Assembly: GCA_030704615.1 (NCBI GenBank)
Contig: CM060731.1
Location: 2,046,001 to 2,110,000 of the forward strand
Source of the DNA: Takakia lepidozioides
Taxonomy: Eukaryota > Plantae > Bryophyta
Direction: 5' to 3'
DNA length: 64,000 nucleotides
Shown piece by piece: positions 12,128 through 25,313 of this stretch; within the stretch, counting starts at the first letter, position 1, and each line of letters starts with the position of its first letter. The position numbers and the translations under genes are program-made. The notes under the pieces are model-generated. The model did not search any database, was not told the origin of the DNA, and saw nothing but the letters and a program-made list of their open reading frames with translations.

Positions 12128-15100
12128 TTGGAAACTATGGAGGAACTAACAGACTATACGCTCGCAATATTACTTACGCAGTGGCATAGACACGAAAGGA
12201 CAGAGCAGAGCTTTTCTCTTGAGCAATGCTTGCAAGCCCCGCAGGCTTACAAGAAATTACCCATAGCTTTATGCGGCAACCATACGTTTATGCTTTGTGC
12301 ACTACAGGCATTCCTGCAGTTGTTACAGCCAAAGCAGTTCTGTGAGTCTAAAATGAAGAGAGTGAGAGGAATGGAGGAAATCAGGGTGAAGAGCACCACA
12401 ATTCTGCAGAAACAAACGATGGCTACCCCACAGGCGATAAAGATACTGGAGGAGCTGAGATTGGAAGGATTGCAAAGCCTAGATTGGACACTACACCATA
12501 GACAGTACATGTTACAATTTTTGCAGAACTTTGAGCCAAGGACAGGAACAACAACGGTGAAGGGAGTTGAATTAATGATTACTCCCCTATACCTCCAGCA
12601 ATTGTTTCGATTGCCAGCAGGTCAGGTGCATGTGAGGAACACAGGGCAAGACTGCAAATAGGGGACTTATTCCAAGAAGGGAGTTTCTTTAAAACTCAGG
12701 GTTATGCTTGTACCAAAGCTGTGTACCCAGGGTTAAAAGAGATAGGCCAGGTATTGAACGTTCTGATTGCCCTGAAACAGAACCAACAATATTTGAGCAG
12801 ATCATTCACAGAGGAAATACTCAAAGGCCTGAAGGGACAAGAGGTACAATGGGCGGACGTAATGTACAACGCACTAGTAGAGAGAGGAAAAGATTACAAG
12901 GTACTACCGCAAAGTCTCCTATCATTGTGTCTGGCCCAATCATTGCTCAAATAATCCTTAATTCTGGCATACTTAATGCACAAGAAAAGAAGGAAATGGG
13001 AGTGTTTGAGCCAGAAACAACTGCAATGGAAGAGCAAGGCTCTTCACACAGTGAGGGTGGACTAGCAGCACAACCCGAGACTAAGAGGCAGAGAAGGGGA
13101 AAGATTGTAGTGGCGGATCCACTGGCTTCACGGATTCCGCATGATAATGTTTCCCAAGCTCATGGCCAGGAAGGGGCACAGCAGCACAGACAAATGCTAT
13201 TACTGGAAGCAGGACCTTCAGAGAGGGAGGAGGAAGTTACTTCTGCATCACAACCCATCACAGCCACTTGAACGACTTGTCACAAGGTCACAAGTTATCC
13301 ATGCAGCTCAACCCGAAATAATTGATTTGGAAAGTGAAGGGATAGATATTCCAACTACAGAACAGATAGTGGCAGAAATAGAGAAAGGGGACCTTCTCTA
13401 TGAATATTCTGGTCTGGTCAAGGAGACAGAAATCCCAGAGGTGCAACAGTTGCCCAAGGGAAATCCTGAGGTGCATATAATACACACACCTGTGTCGGAG
13501 GTACCACAGGCGGAAGGTCATGACACTGTAGCACCGGTGATAGATGAAGTAGTTCAGGAAGAAAATCCGGTGGGACAATGGCCTGAATGGTTAGTGAGAC
13601 ATCATACTGTTGAAGATCAGGAGGAACAGCAGCAACCTCACCATGATGACCCTCAACAGGCAATGCTGATGAGTTCCATAGGCAGGACACTTAATTTGTT
13701 GGGGACTTATGTCAAATCCCATGTTCCAATTACCCAATTGACAGCCTTGAAAGAGGAACTCAGGAAGGAGTTTGAGGCTCGACTTGCCACTGAGTGTGCA
13801 AACAAGGTCGATGAAGAGGTCACTCTCAAGATGAAGCAGGACTTGGGCAATACAGAAATGGCTTTGCAATTGGCCAAGCAACAATTGATTGAGGCAGGCC
13901 TCGCGCAAGACCAGTTGCACGAAGCACATAAGCAACAGCTATACCAAATGCAGGTGCAGCATGAAAGCAAGTTGCAAGAACTGAATGCACTACATACGGA
14001 GTTGCAGACAGTGCATAACAGGATGGCGATACAATGTGCTACATTTACAACTATGCTTGACCAATCAACAAAAGAAATAAACAGTCAAGCGGAAAAATGT
14101 ACGAAGGCAGAAGAAGAGAATGTTGAGCAAATGAAGCTCATTGTCGATATGAAGAATACAATCTGTCGCAATGAAGATACTTTCAAGCAATACAGGCAGA
14201 TGGAAGCTGATCAAGAGAAACACATCGTGGAGTTGCAACAAACCATCGTGGCCAATAGAAATGAAATCGCGGTCGGTAACAAGGCTTGGAAGGAAGCCAA
14301 TAATCTACTTGCTGCTTATGCGCAATTGGTTGAGCCACAGGCAAAGCGCATGGAGGCTTTACAACAGCAGTTGGAATTGTACAAGCTAAGAGAGGAGCAA
14401 ACTCTCAGGGGATCCACAAGCAGCTTGGTGGATAACAGCCTTATGCAGGTCTGGTTAGCACAAGGGCCAGTAGAGGGCAAAGCCCCACGGAAGCTCACCC
14501 AAAGCGAGATGAATGAGCTCAGACTGCAGGTGCAGAACATTGCCACAACTACTATAGACAATGTCTATAGTAGGATAGCAGAGTTACAAGAGGATGTAGA
14601 CGGACTCCAGACTCAAGTGCAAGACCTCACTTCAAACATCGACCAAAGAGTCTATATCCCTCAGGAACAGCTAATGGCTTCTTATTTACAAGCCAGAACT
14701 TTGGCTTTTCAGTCTTCACAGGAGGTGCAGGAGATGCCAATGATACAGGAGCCAGTACCACCACCACCACAACAGGTCAGTGTACCAGTAGCTGAACCTG
14801 TGGTTACTACAACCACACCACAGCCACCACAGCCGGAGGTATGGGGCAATGCCGCTTTTAACCCACCTAAAACTCCAGCTGCAAGGGAGTACAGCAGGGC
14901 TATGCTTATGCCCTTCAACCAAATTCCCATCATGTTGGATTTGGCTTGGAAAGAATTTAGTCCTCCGCAGTCATTCGCACATTACTACCAAATCATGCGT
15001 ATTTGGCTGCCAGTGGCAACTAGGACTAAAGTTCTTCCAAACAATCAACATATTGAAGATCATCACTTTGCACAATACTGGCACGAGGCAGGTACCATGT

Positions 15101-15906
15101 TGAGGGAATTGGTTGCTTTCCAGGTTGTACATGGACTCATTTATACCAAGACCAAGGAGATAGCAAGTATTGTCATGGGGTGCGGGCTATACTACGCTGC
15201 TTGTTTTCTGGTACGTTACCACATTGAGCAACAAAAGATGCAAACACGCTTTCAAAGTTACTCCAGTGGAGATCATTGGGTATTACCTTCGGTGCCACCT
15301 CATATGTACCTATATGACCCAAAAGTTATGATGCAAAAGGATTCTCAAATTCGTTCATGGTTTCAAGCAGCCTGCAACCATTTGTCAACACAGAAATTCA
15401 GACTTGATGACATTTTCTATAAGGGACATGTGGCGTGGAAGTACTTGCACGCTGCACCAGTAATTGATACCCCACTCACCTGGACAGACAAGGAGCTCAG
15501 TGTCTACACCAATTTTGCAGTTCAGCGGTTACACCAAGTTATAAAATGCAAACTTCCAGACATGGTAGGACAGCATTGTATGCCCCAGATGATTCCACAA
15601 AAGGTTCGAAAATTAAAACATCTGAGAGGTGATGAGGATTCTGATACAACTGTTTCTTCACAGAATTCTTTTGACATGGGAGAAGACTATGCAATTCAGA
15701 TGGCAGAAAGCGACGGGGGTCTCCTATGCCAGAAAGGTTACCTCGATATCAGCCTCCAGAGAGCCTCAACTATCCAGGTAGTGATCAACCATCTCCGTCA
15801 ACCAGAGACAGACCTCGGGCTCGTACACACAGTCCGCCACGAAACTCTCAACGTCAACAAGGTGCTCACTCACAAAGGTTTGCTACTCGGAAACAGTAAA
15901 CCGTGA
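12128..15906 (+). CDS. B1 large extra 3' ORF (~1250 aa when three frameshifts are bridged): plant-transposon-protein-like N-terminal domain plus long coiled coil
   Basis: ORFs 12128-12661, 12721-12954, 12708-13271 and 13141-15906. The first junctions are continuous in B2 (41758-42879). QFLQNF…TTVKGVELMITPLYLQQLFRLP resembles the Athila-ORF/Transposase_32 type motif. Heptad-rich Q/E/L segment ~13730-14650. Ends 15 nt before the PPT. Confidence 0.75.
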
Positions 15907-15920
15907 GGACACGGCTTTTT

Positions 15921-15933
15921 GAGGGGGAAGGGG
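15921..15933 (+). promoter_or_regulatory. B1 polypurine tract
   Basis: GAGGGGGAAGGGG, separated by TAA from the 3' LTR TG. Confidence 0.9.
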
Positions 15934-15936
15934 TAA

Positions 15937-17084
15937 TGTTAGAGGACTGTAGGGGACTTAGACACTTATACGGGATCTGTAGGGTACCCTTAAATTTTGC
16001 ACAGACTGAGACCAACAGGAGCCTTAGGGGTGACAGCAGCGCACTGTAGAGGGGGGTTACACAGCCGTCACAGTCGTCACAACCAACACAGCCGTCACAG
16101 TCCACACAGCCAACACAGCCAACACAGCCCATCACAGTCGTCACAGTCATCACAGTCCACACAGCCAACACAGCCAACACAGCCCGTCACAGTCGTCACA
16201 GTCATCACAGTCCACACAGCCAACACAGCCAACACAGCCCGTCACAGTCGTCACAGTCCACACAGCCAACACAGCCAACACAGCCCGTCACAGTCATCAC
16301 AGTCGTCACAGCCGACACAGCCGACACAGCCGACAAGCCGGGACAGCCACACAGCCAGTCACAGCCCGACACAGCCAAACACAGTCGCACAGCCAGTCAC
16401 AGCCCGTCACAGTTTCACACAGCCAGTCACAGCTTGACACAGCTGTCACGATCATAGGGAACGAAGAGTAAGACAGGGAACGACTGTGGGGAACAACACC
16501 TGCAAAGGGAACATGTTAGTTCACAGACGACGGTTAGTGAGGGAAACGGTTAGAACTGTGGATAGGAAGATAAAGGGAAAACGGGGAATGAAGGAGGGGA
16601 TTTTTATCATTCTTCAGAGGAGGACTTCTTAGTCAGGCTGGAGCGGAGATCGGAAGCAAAAGATGGAGAGCACGGTGAAGGAGGAAAGAGGATTAGTAGA
16701 TGCTTGTTATATGCAAAGCTGTAGTGATATTGTAGAGCAGATTAGAGACATAATGGCTTCGGCCTGATACCTGAGAAATCATAATCTGATACTTATACGA
16801 TACAATCACACTGTGTAGAGAGATCTGAGTGAAGCTGTGGATTGAATGGATGAGTGAAGGAAACCGATAGATTGATGAAGCAAACTGATATTTAATTATC
16901 AATGGTAAGGTAGCTAAGATGAATGCGGAAAGGGAAACAAATAGGAAACACCCCCATGATACACTAGCTGTAGGTCATGACTGATTGTTCTGCGCGGGCT
17001 GAGTACTTAGAGATTTCCAACTCTTCTATCTTGGAGTTTCCGCCTCGGATAGCGAAGGGATGGGTGAGTAAAAGCCGCGCGACA
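15937..17084 (+). repeat. B1 3' LTR (1148 bp) with internal minisatellite ~16060-16450
   Basis: TGTTAGAGG…CGCGACA followed by TSD AGCTC. Confidence 0.96.
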
Positions 17085-19308
17085 AGCTCTGCCTAACATC
17101 ATTGGCTGAGCTCCTCAGGCCAACAAGACCCGCAGTGGCCGGTACCTCTTGCCTGCCGGTCCACTCAAATAGAAAATGTCATCCTAGTTGTCTAACATGA
17201 CAACTCCAGGTGTCACCGTGGCGCGCTCAATGGCTGGCCAAGCTGGCAGCTCCACAACCTGGCAGCTGCAGCTTGCCATGGTGCCGCCGTGGCAGTCTTG
17301 ACCCTCAAATCCGAGGATCCCTCCGGCACTACACCTCCCACTATATTCTCCGCAGAAGATGAAGTAAGCTCTCACAGAGTGTAGCTGCTAGCCTGAACAC
17401 CTCAGCTGGTCTTACCCCCGGCGTCGCAATCATGGTAGCCAAGAACAACGGAGCCTGACACACAGATGTGGCCGCTCCCAGCAGCACACTAGCTGTCGTA
17501 GCCTTGGAAACACTAGGTAGTGGTGTTGCCCGTGTAGCTCTCCCCAATGGCATAATAACCTTCGCCTCGGTAACAGTCGGGCGAGAACTAGGTGCCATGG
17601 ATGGTGTCGACATTGTCTCCGCCAATGTGAATGACTGAGGAAGCCTAGCCTGACGGCTTGCCTCCCCACGCTGTGGATCCAACTCCACCTCTGCACCTCG
17701 TGGCTCAGGAACTCGTGCTGCTCCTTGAGTCACGGCTGCAGTAGACTCCACCTGCACTAGTGGTAGTGCTGCTCCGCACATGAATCCCATGCCTCCCATA
17801 TCTCCTCCCTCAGGAGCAGGAGGTGGACCATCCGGCCTTGGAGCCGGTACCACCTGAGCTGTAGCCATGGCAACGAGCCTTTGCTCTAGCTGCTGAAGCC
17901 GGTTGGCCATGCCTTGGTCAACACCCTGACCTCCGCGTCCTTGGCCATGTTGAGCTTGCCCTTGGCCTGCACCCCGTGCCTAGCCACCTCGTCCTCTCTG
18001 GGCTGCTCCACCTCGCCCCCGGCCACCATTGTTCCCTTGGAACTGGCCTGGGCGCAACTCAGGATGCAAACCATAACACTGGGCCTCTCCATGCCCGTGC
18101 TTGCCACAATGCCCACACTGCAACTGTGCAGGCTATGCATATGCCGGCCCTTTGCCTCCCTCTGGGCAATCCTTCTTGACATGGGGTCCTCCACATGTCC
18201 AACACACCACCTCCGCCCATTGTTGGCCTGCAAATGAAGGGAGAGACCCCTGCATCTGAGATCCTCTCTGTCCTTCCCTGGGCTTCACCTGGACCCCCTT
18301 GTTGCCTTGAGCACGTTGAGGTAGTGGTTGGCTAGGAGCACCACTACCCCGTGGTGTCTCATTAGCAAATCCCACCATGACCACTCGTTCCTCCACCATG
18401 TTGAGCTTTATCCGCTCTGCCAGCAAAAACACATTTGTTAAAGTGGGTTGGGCCGCTTATAGGAGAGTTGCATCCCGCACCCTTCTCCTCAGCTCCTTGT
18501 CCAATATCCCATACCAGAATTGGACTGCGTGAGCTTCCATAACCCCTTGGGTTACATTTATCAAGCGCCTCATGCGAGTGAAAGCCTCCCTCAAGCTCTC
18601 AGTAGGCTTCCGTTGGAACTCTTGCAAGCTCCGCAACTTCTCTGTCCTCACCCCTTGGTAGTTCCCTCTCAACTCTTCGAAGAACTCCACAATAGGGTTG
18701 AAGGCAGGCATGGGTACTAGTGCTGGTGCGGTAGTGGCTTGGGTGGACGTCGGAGCTACTATACCACCAGTCCCACTGCTGCTTGCTAAAGCTGCCAGTG
18801 CAGCGACAGGTGTAGCCAATGCCCCCGTGGCTCTAGTGCCCCTAGTGATGGAGACATAGTCGGGTGACCAGTACATCCTCCACTCCTCGATCTCAACCTC
18901 ATGCCCCCGCCTGAACTCATGGTAATCATCCATAGGCGGCCCCTCAAGGTGCTGAAATAGCCCCTTCTATGCCATGAAAGGCATAAATAGTTGTGGATTG
19001 CGCATTTGCTGCAAATCACACCAACTATCAAACTCTTGGATAAAATCATCCAACTCGATGGTGCCCACCGCCCCAGAGTACCTTCGTGGCCCCTTGGTAG
19101 CTCCATACATCTCCTCCATTGTGTCCCACAACAATGGCAAGGAAACAATTTGCACCGCCGGTGTGAGTCCTCCTGATTCACAATCCGAATCAGAACCTTC
19201 CGTAGAAGACACAGGAGCTGAAGGTGGCCTAAACCGCACACCTCGTCTCGTGTACCCACTAGTATCGCTAGTGCTCGAACCGGCACTGTCCCCAGCAACT
19301 AGTGGCAC
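17085..19308 (-). pseudogene. Element A gag and N-terminal half of the protease (multiple stops)
   Basis: RYSGAVGTIELDDFIQEFDSW gag core; LQEFQRKPTESLREAFTRM; knuckles CWTCGGPHVKKDC and CGHCGKHGHGEAQC; degenerate protease site RVLLA*GAQP (~17110-17130, expected LLDSGAQ). Confidence 0.85.
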
Positions 19309-20781
19309 CTCCGTGTTGACAAACTGTCACTCAACCGGTCATGAACAAGTCCCTAACCCCCTCTCCACAAGGTAACCGGGTAGAGAACCTGTTGCGGCTT
19401 ATGGTTTGGAATACTAGGTTCCTAACATAGCCTACACCTGTACCTGCATCCACCGCAAGCACTCCTATGGTTGGCTGGTCATCACCTCCAACCTCACCAT
19501 AGGAGAAACAATGATGGTCTGACTGGTCATCATGCCAGCCTCACCATCGATAGTATGCTCTAGGACTGGCCGGTGATGAAATCCGGACCAATCACCTATA
19601 AAAACAAGCGCCCACACAAAACTAACATGGCGCACGGTCAAGCATGCAGGTATGGAGGGGATCCAAACACAAGAAATCAGAACGACAACTCCCCCACACC
19701 AAAAACAACTCCACGGTGTTGCTCCTGCAAGGACACCCCAGCCCAAACCCGGACTGACTCTTGCCTCCACCTACGGAAAGGTCTCGGCCTAATGAGATGG
19801 TGGAAAACTACGAGGAAGAGAAGCTAAAGCAATGCCTAACCCCAGCATGCCCTCATCCCAACACTCTTCCTCTCCTCTCTTCCCTCACTTGCATGACCAT
19901 GGGAATATCATGAAGATACTCCTCAAACCGCCCTCCACGAGCGTCAAAATTCGGCCTTCAAGACGAGGTTTACTATTTCATGAGCAGAAACCATGAGCCA
20001 TGAGCCATGAGCCGCATGAGCGGTGAGCCGAAGTCTAAGACACGCGGATTTCATGAGCCTCCTCCAAATTTGGAAATGCGGCAGATTAAACAAGTATTAA
20101 AATAATAGTTTTTTATTTGACCTTGCCATTTTTGGAAGTTCCAGATCCTGTAATGCGGCGAAGATATGTCGTCAGTAACAAGTCCGCTCATGGTTTTTTA
20201 AATCCGCTCATGGAAATGAGTGATCGTGCAACGAGAAATCCAGTATACCACGCAAAAGGACGTCGCATACTGGCCTGTATAGAGTATTCCGCGGTTTTAC
20301 ATGCCTTAACATTGGAATGAAGCTGACCCTTTTGCCGCGATTGAACCAATAGAGTCTGCACAATTCTGTCATCTTCGGGTATTCGCCGGGAAAGGCTTGC
20401 GACTCAACTAGGAAATGCGGTGCCGCATTAGGGTTCGCACGTGCGAAATTTCTAGGCGGTTTGGTGTTGGCGAAGGCCGCATCTACCAGTACCTACGATG
20501 TTACTTGGAAATGCGGCACCGCATTTCCTTGCCGGGGGTCGAATGAGGAAAGCAAAGTTTGGGAGAGCAAAAAAACAGGAACCCTCCAACACACAAAAAT
20601 ACATGCACGTGGAAACACGACTGAATGACATAGTATTATCGACGTTCGAGCAAAACAGGTTACTGGTAGGCAAGACATAAGTCGGACCTTTCTGTGGCCA
20701 GAGTCAGAGCTACTTGCAGCAGTACAGTTCTACTATCCGAAAAGGATGGGCGTACCATTGTGTTGGGACCGCAAGCCAAGC

Positions 20782-23700
20782 TCACTGGTCCCCTGGATCC
20801 ATATTCAGAAGAGTGTGCACCTCTTGGGGGCTCAACCCTGGTGCATGTATGAAGTGATGAGTTGTGGAATTACACCGGAGTCTCTTTAGGTACACGTAGT
20901 ACAAATGCTTGCAAGGGCAGTATGATGCCCCCTTGTTCGCCATGATCTGGAAGTCGGTGCAATTGCAAGTGGGTAATTCTGAAATGGTGATGGTGTACAC
21001 CTCATTGCGAACAGCTGAGCCTGCCGTGGCCATCTGATACACACGCCCGAAGCCTGGTGGGGGCACTTCTGTCGAGCTCTGGATTGTACAGTTCATCCGA
21101 AGTGCATTCCCCATCCTTGTCTCGTTCACTTTTGAGGGAGGTCGCCGCCTCTTCGGTTTCCCCCAACGGTGTGTAGGATGCTTAGAGTTGTTGGGTCCCA
21201 TTGTTCTTGCGCTCACAGGGGTCGGTGGTGGAGGCTGTGGAAGCGGAAATGGTTGTCTGGGGACGTCAGTGCGCTGCACCATCCGAAATCTTGCGGCGGT
21301 AAGGGCATCGGCCTCAACCTGACTCAGATCGCAGCCTGGTTCCACCGGCCACACCGGGGGAGCCTCTGGCATTGTTTGTATGCCGTACTTGGGCTTTCCA
21401 TACACGCAAGTCATAATGTCGTGCCTGCAGAACCATAACTGGGTGGTTGTCGCCTCCGCAAACTTTGCATGGACAAATCTTCCTGTAAAAGTAGGAGCAG
21501 GGATAGCCCTATCTGGATTCCTCCTTATCATGTCTAAACAACGTTGTCGTGTATCCACTCGAATTGCGGAACACCTGCCTCGAAACGATAGCTTTGTGCG
21601 AGCAATTCTCCACTGTGACGCAGACACAGTCCGAATGTTCATGTCGGATCTCCTGGAATCCTCTTCGCACCCGGGTTCCTCTTCAATCCTCCGCCTCACA
21701 GGGCGAGTACGGACGTCCCTCTCTAGGTGCTCACCTCTGCAGTGCAGAGGCGTCCCTTTGATCTTCTCTCGCAATCGAATGGCACGTACCCCCATCAGAC
21801 ACCATCCTGTACCGAGCTGTGGGAATGCCCATTCCCTTTCCGAATCAGTCGCTGCCCACACCATCCACAAAGGAGTTCGGAAACCGACAGGCGGCCACTG
21901 CCAACAGAGAGGTATGCAACGATAATCATTCCCGACCTGGACCGTCAAGACCCTCCATAGCTTCTCGTGTGGACGTATTCGACATTTCCGACGAGGAAGA
22001 TGAGTGCATTGAGGTCCCCATGTCCTCCACACAGTCGTTCAAATCCGAGATGGACGTCTCTGCAGGTGCTACGCATGTACCCTCGAGCATAACTCCAACC
22101 CGGTCCATTGTGCAGCTCCTACGGCAACATCACCTCGATGGTTTTTGCTCCGAGCTGGCTGCTCTCGACTATGCCAAATTTCCAGTCAGGAAGGTAACGT
22201 ATCTGCCTCCCGAAGTCGATGGCAATGTCATCTTTGAGTTTCCACCTGTTACTTCGTTAGACAAAGCCTCAGGGATGTTAACAGACATGGATCGAAAGCA
22301 TGACGGACACCCCTGGTGTGTGACGAAGACCAGTAGCACGAAAATTGCTGATGGTGTTCGTGTACGATATGTCCTCTGTGCGGGGAAGCTGAGGTGCCTC
22401 AATCCCGCCTGCTTCCACTTTCTCTCCAAAGGAGGGCGGAGAAACGAGACGGATTGGACTGGCACAACCCATCATCCATTCATTGTCTCCAGCCAAGCTC
22501 CTACGGGTACTTTCAAGTGCGCACATTGCAAAGAACCACCGACGTGCATGTCCATGTGCAGAGCCAAGCAATATTACGTAATCCATTTGCTCCCGGACTT
22601 GACTAGAGCTTGCATACACGTTGGGGTCCACTCCCACCCCTTGGCGAGAGGCAACATGCGTGAGGCTGTGCAGGAAGCACACGACATCATAAAAGAGGAG
22701 GTGAAATTGAGCCCCGGAGCCAGACCAAAGCAGATTCAGCTGAAGGCAGCCCACAAGATTGCTCTTGGCAAAATCATGTCTAAAGATCGTTCAGACCGAG
22801 TGCCCTTGAACGAAGAGGAGATGCTTGACCTGTTGGAGTCCGTCTCGCACGTTTGTAGTCCGAATGTGCGGAATCACATCGTATCTTGCAAGCAGGAGTT
22901 CGGCCGGGGGTCGGACATGCACTCAATCCTGGAGGTGAAACGAATGACTGGATATGACTACATCCAAGGTAGCAGGTTTCCAGGGCAAGGCAGCGAATCC
23001 GATCGTTGTTACATTTTTAAAATGTCGACGTGTGGGCCTGGGAGTGGAGTCGACGTGGTCACTCGTATGGCAACTGGAAACTTGTCGAATGCTTGGGTGA
23101 TGTTTGATCACATCAAGCAAATTACAAACCATCAGTGGGTGACTATGGGTGCGCATGTTTATGACTATCATTCCAAGAGGCTCATGACGATTGCAATCTG
23201 CGAGATGAAAGGGGAGGACACACAGTCAGAGATGCATCTGCTGGGAGGGCATAAACGAGCAGATGGCAAGGGCGGGATTGGCAGAGCCCAATTTCAGGGG
23301 ATTCATGGCAAACAACGCTCAGGCCAACTGGGCAGCGGTGCGGAGTGTGTACGGTGAGGACCCCAATGTTCCAATGGAGGGGAATGAGAGATCCTATGGA
23401 TTCCATTGGATGCAGAGTCTATCTCACTACACTACCAAATTTGTTGCTAGCTCATTCCAGACTGAACACCGTGTCCTTTGTACGGCGTGGAAGGATGCAC
23501 CCACATTTGATGACGCGGAGGTTAAAGTTGATATCATCGAGGCTTGGTGGAACATGTCAGGTGCAGTGGAGACAACCAATCTGGGAGCCTTGCACAGCTG
23601 GTTGGGGTGGTGGCATTTCCGGTATCGACAGTTCGGACAGTACATGCGGGAGGTATGATGCTGTCATTTTCGTGCAATTGTCTTTCTATTACGGACCTTT

Positions 23701-24206
23701 CCATTGGTCCCTCACCATTGTTTGTGTCCTTGTAGGAGCGGTGCTTGGATTCCGACACGGACATGCCGAACACGAATATGGCAGAATCAGTGCACTCCTC
23801 CTGGCGAGCGTCTTCTGCCGCACATCTGGTGGACGTAGTGACGGCCACAACGGAGGACATCGACAGAGCAATCATGCAGCAAGCCACGTACTACAAGTTC
23901 CTGAGCGGGAAACAATGGGGCTTTGGGCCGGACAGGGAGGAATTGTTGGTACGAACAGCTTTGAGGTCGAAGAATCCACTGAAATGGGTGACCGCAACCT
24001 CCGTCGTTACCTAGCACGACAATGGTCTCGTCAACCTGTCCAGGAACATCCTTCCTTTCTTCTTCCAAATAAACTGTGCCCAGTTTGAGCTTGAATTTGG
24101 AACAAATGTAAGTTTCAGTCACTCTGCAAAGTCCTCCCTCGTTTGGGATCCAGGCTCTCCCAAGTTGCGGAGGACAGCAAACTATACCGTAGGAATTCGG
24201 AGCCAT
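20782..24206 (-). pseudogene. D1 MULE-like transposase (N-terminal Cys/His zinc domain, DDE core, C-terminal SWIM), disrupted by an internal inversion at 21776-23992
   Basis: N-term MAPNSYG… on minus (24206-23993). Core on plus: CAHCKEPPTC…HVGVHSHP, WVMFDH, FMA(D/N)NAQANWAAV, FHWMQSL, TNMAESVHS. SWIM CNCTDF…CPCKHL on minus. Confidence 0.88.
23653..23735 (+). other. 83-bp GT-AG intron in the D transposase
   Basis: GAG|GTATGA…TTGTAG|GAG joins QYMRE to ERCLDSDTDMPNTNMAES in frame. The same intron is in D2 (32757-32839), and the same donor position is in D3 (GAG|GTGAGT at 53544). Confidence 0.85.
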
Positions 24207-24597
24207 CGAAGACCGCACGAAGTAAGCAAGTGCGAGGTTCAGTATAGCGACAGACCAAGGCTCACAGGCACCATGTAAGTGGATCTGCGGAGTCCATCGA
24301 CGATTGGAAGTTGCACATTGAAGTGGAAAGTATTGTTTCAAGCTACATGCATGAAGGTGGGAGGTGTGATTCCATATCCAGTAAGTATGACAATGATGGC
24401 CGATTCGGCGACGAAATAACATCTCCAAACAGTTTCTCCTAAGGGTGGATCCAGCAGTATTCTCGGTGCAGACATGAACGTTCGCACTGACAAGTGCCAG
24501 GACTGTTAGTTAAAACGGTTAGACAACTAAGTTGTGTTCATTAAGACAGGCCCCAATTGTGTTGTTTCGGAACAATGCAACCAATTGAGGTTCCGCA

Positions 24598-25313
24598 TGC
24601 GGAAATGAGGTTCAGCATTTCCGTCCGGAGTGATACTTTCGATTGCTGTTGGACGGAAATACGGCGCCGCATTTCCATTTTGCATCTTAGTCATGCACCA
24701 GTGCGACGGAAAACCGGCACCGAGTTTCCGTCCGGGGGAAACCTTTATACTCTCCAGAACGGAAATGCGGTGCCGCATTTCCATCCAACAAGTACGGTAT
24801 GTGACAGTGGAACAAAAATGCGGTACCGCTTTTCCGTTCTGATTGAAAATCATGAATCACTCGAACTGAAATGCGGCACAACATTTCCGTCCGAGTCGCA
24901 CTTTCCGACATTCCAGAACGGAAATGCGGTGCCGCATTTGCGTTTTGTATTTGAGGCATGGAGCTGAAGGACGGAAATGCGGCGCCTCATTTCCGTTTTG
25001 TATGTGAGGCATGGAGCTGTGGGACGGAAATGCGGCACCGTATTCCCGTCCGGGTGAGACCTTCATACTCTCCAGAACGGAAATGCGGCACGACATTTCC
25101 GTTCAACAACTAAGGTATGTGAAGGTGGAACGGAAATGCGGTACCGCATTTCCGTTCTAATTGAAATCATGAACCACGGGAATTGAAATGCGGCACCGCA
25201 TTTCCGTCCAAGTCGCACCTTCCGACATTCCAGAACGGAAATGCGGCACAACATTTCCGTCCGGTTGAGACCTTCATACTCTCCAGAACGGAAATGCGGT
25301 ACCGTATTTCCGT
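24598..25313. repeat. D1 array of ~14 palindromes (GGAAATGCGG(C/T)(A/G)CCGCATTTCC) at 53-bp period
   Basis: Core starts at 24601, 24655, 24708, 24761, 24814, 24867, 24920, 24973, 25026, 25079, 25132, 25184, 25237 and 25290; spacers are drawn mainly from ~5 recurring types. Confidence 0.93.

Larger units (their letters stand above)
3525..17084 (+). mobile_element. Element B1: full-length non-chromoviral Ty3/gypsy LTR retrotransposon (13.56 kb) with extra 5' and 3' ORFs
   Basis: TG…CA LTRs at 3525-4707 and 15937-17084; 5-bp TSD AGCTC at 3520-3524 and 17085-17089; PBS; PPT; gag-PR-RT-RH-INT order. Confidence 0.97.
1..19964 (-). mobile_element. Element A: degenerate Ty3/gypsy LTR retrotransposon encoding a DNA cytosine methyltransferase (interrupted by B1 at 3525-17084; runs off the window at left; 5' end cut by D1)
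   Basis: Minus-strand order is gag with two CCHC knuckles, aspartic protease, C5-MTase, RT (YIDDII), RNase H. The reading frame joins across the B1 insertion (…MMLGRA|AIVGLGL…). No LTR or PBS identified inside the window. Confidence 0.9.
19965..25313 (-). mobile_element. D1: Mutator-like DNA transposon, transposase-side arm (continues, inverted, at 34155-37981)
   Basis: Begins with terminal GAGGTTTACTATTTCATGAGC plus CATGAGC subterminal repeats; highly similar to D2 from 30506; contains the transposase and a palindrome array. Confidence 0.88.

Noticed and set aside
19400-19964. 5' LTR/PBS of element A
   Set aside because: No recognisable PBS or TG…CA boundary, and no second copy in the window to compare.
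24598-25313. CRISPR-like array (palindromic repeats with constant-length spacers)
   Set aside because: The spacers recur as ~5 types, the repeats are degenerate, there are no cas genes or leader, and the array lies inside an intron-containing eukaryotic transposon.
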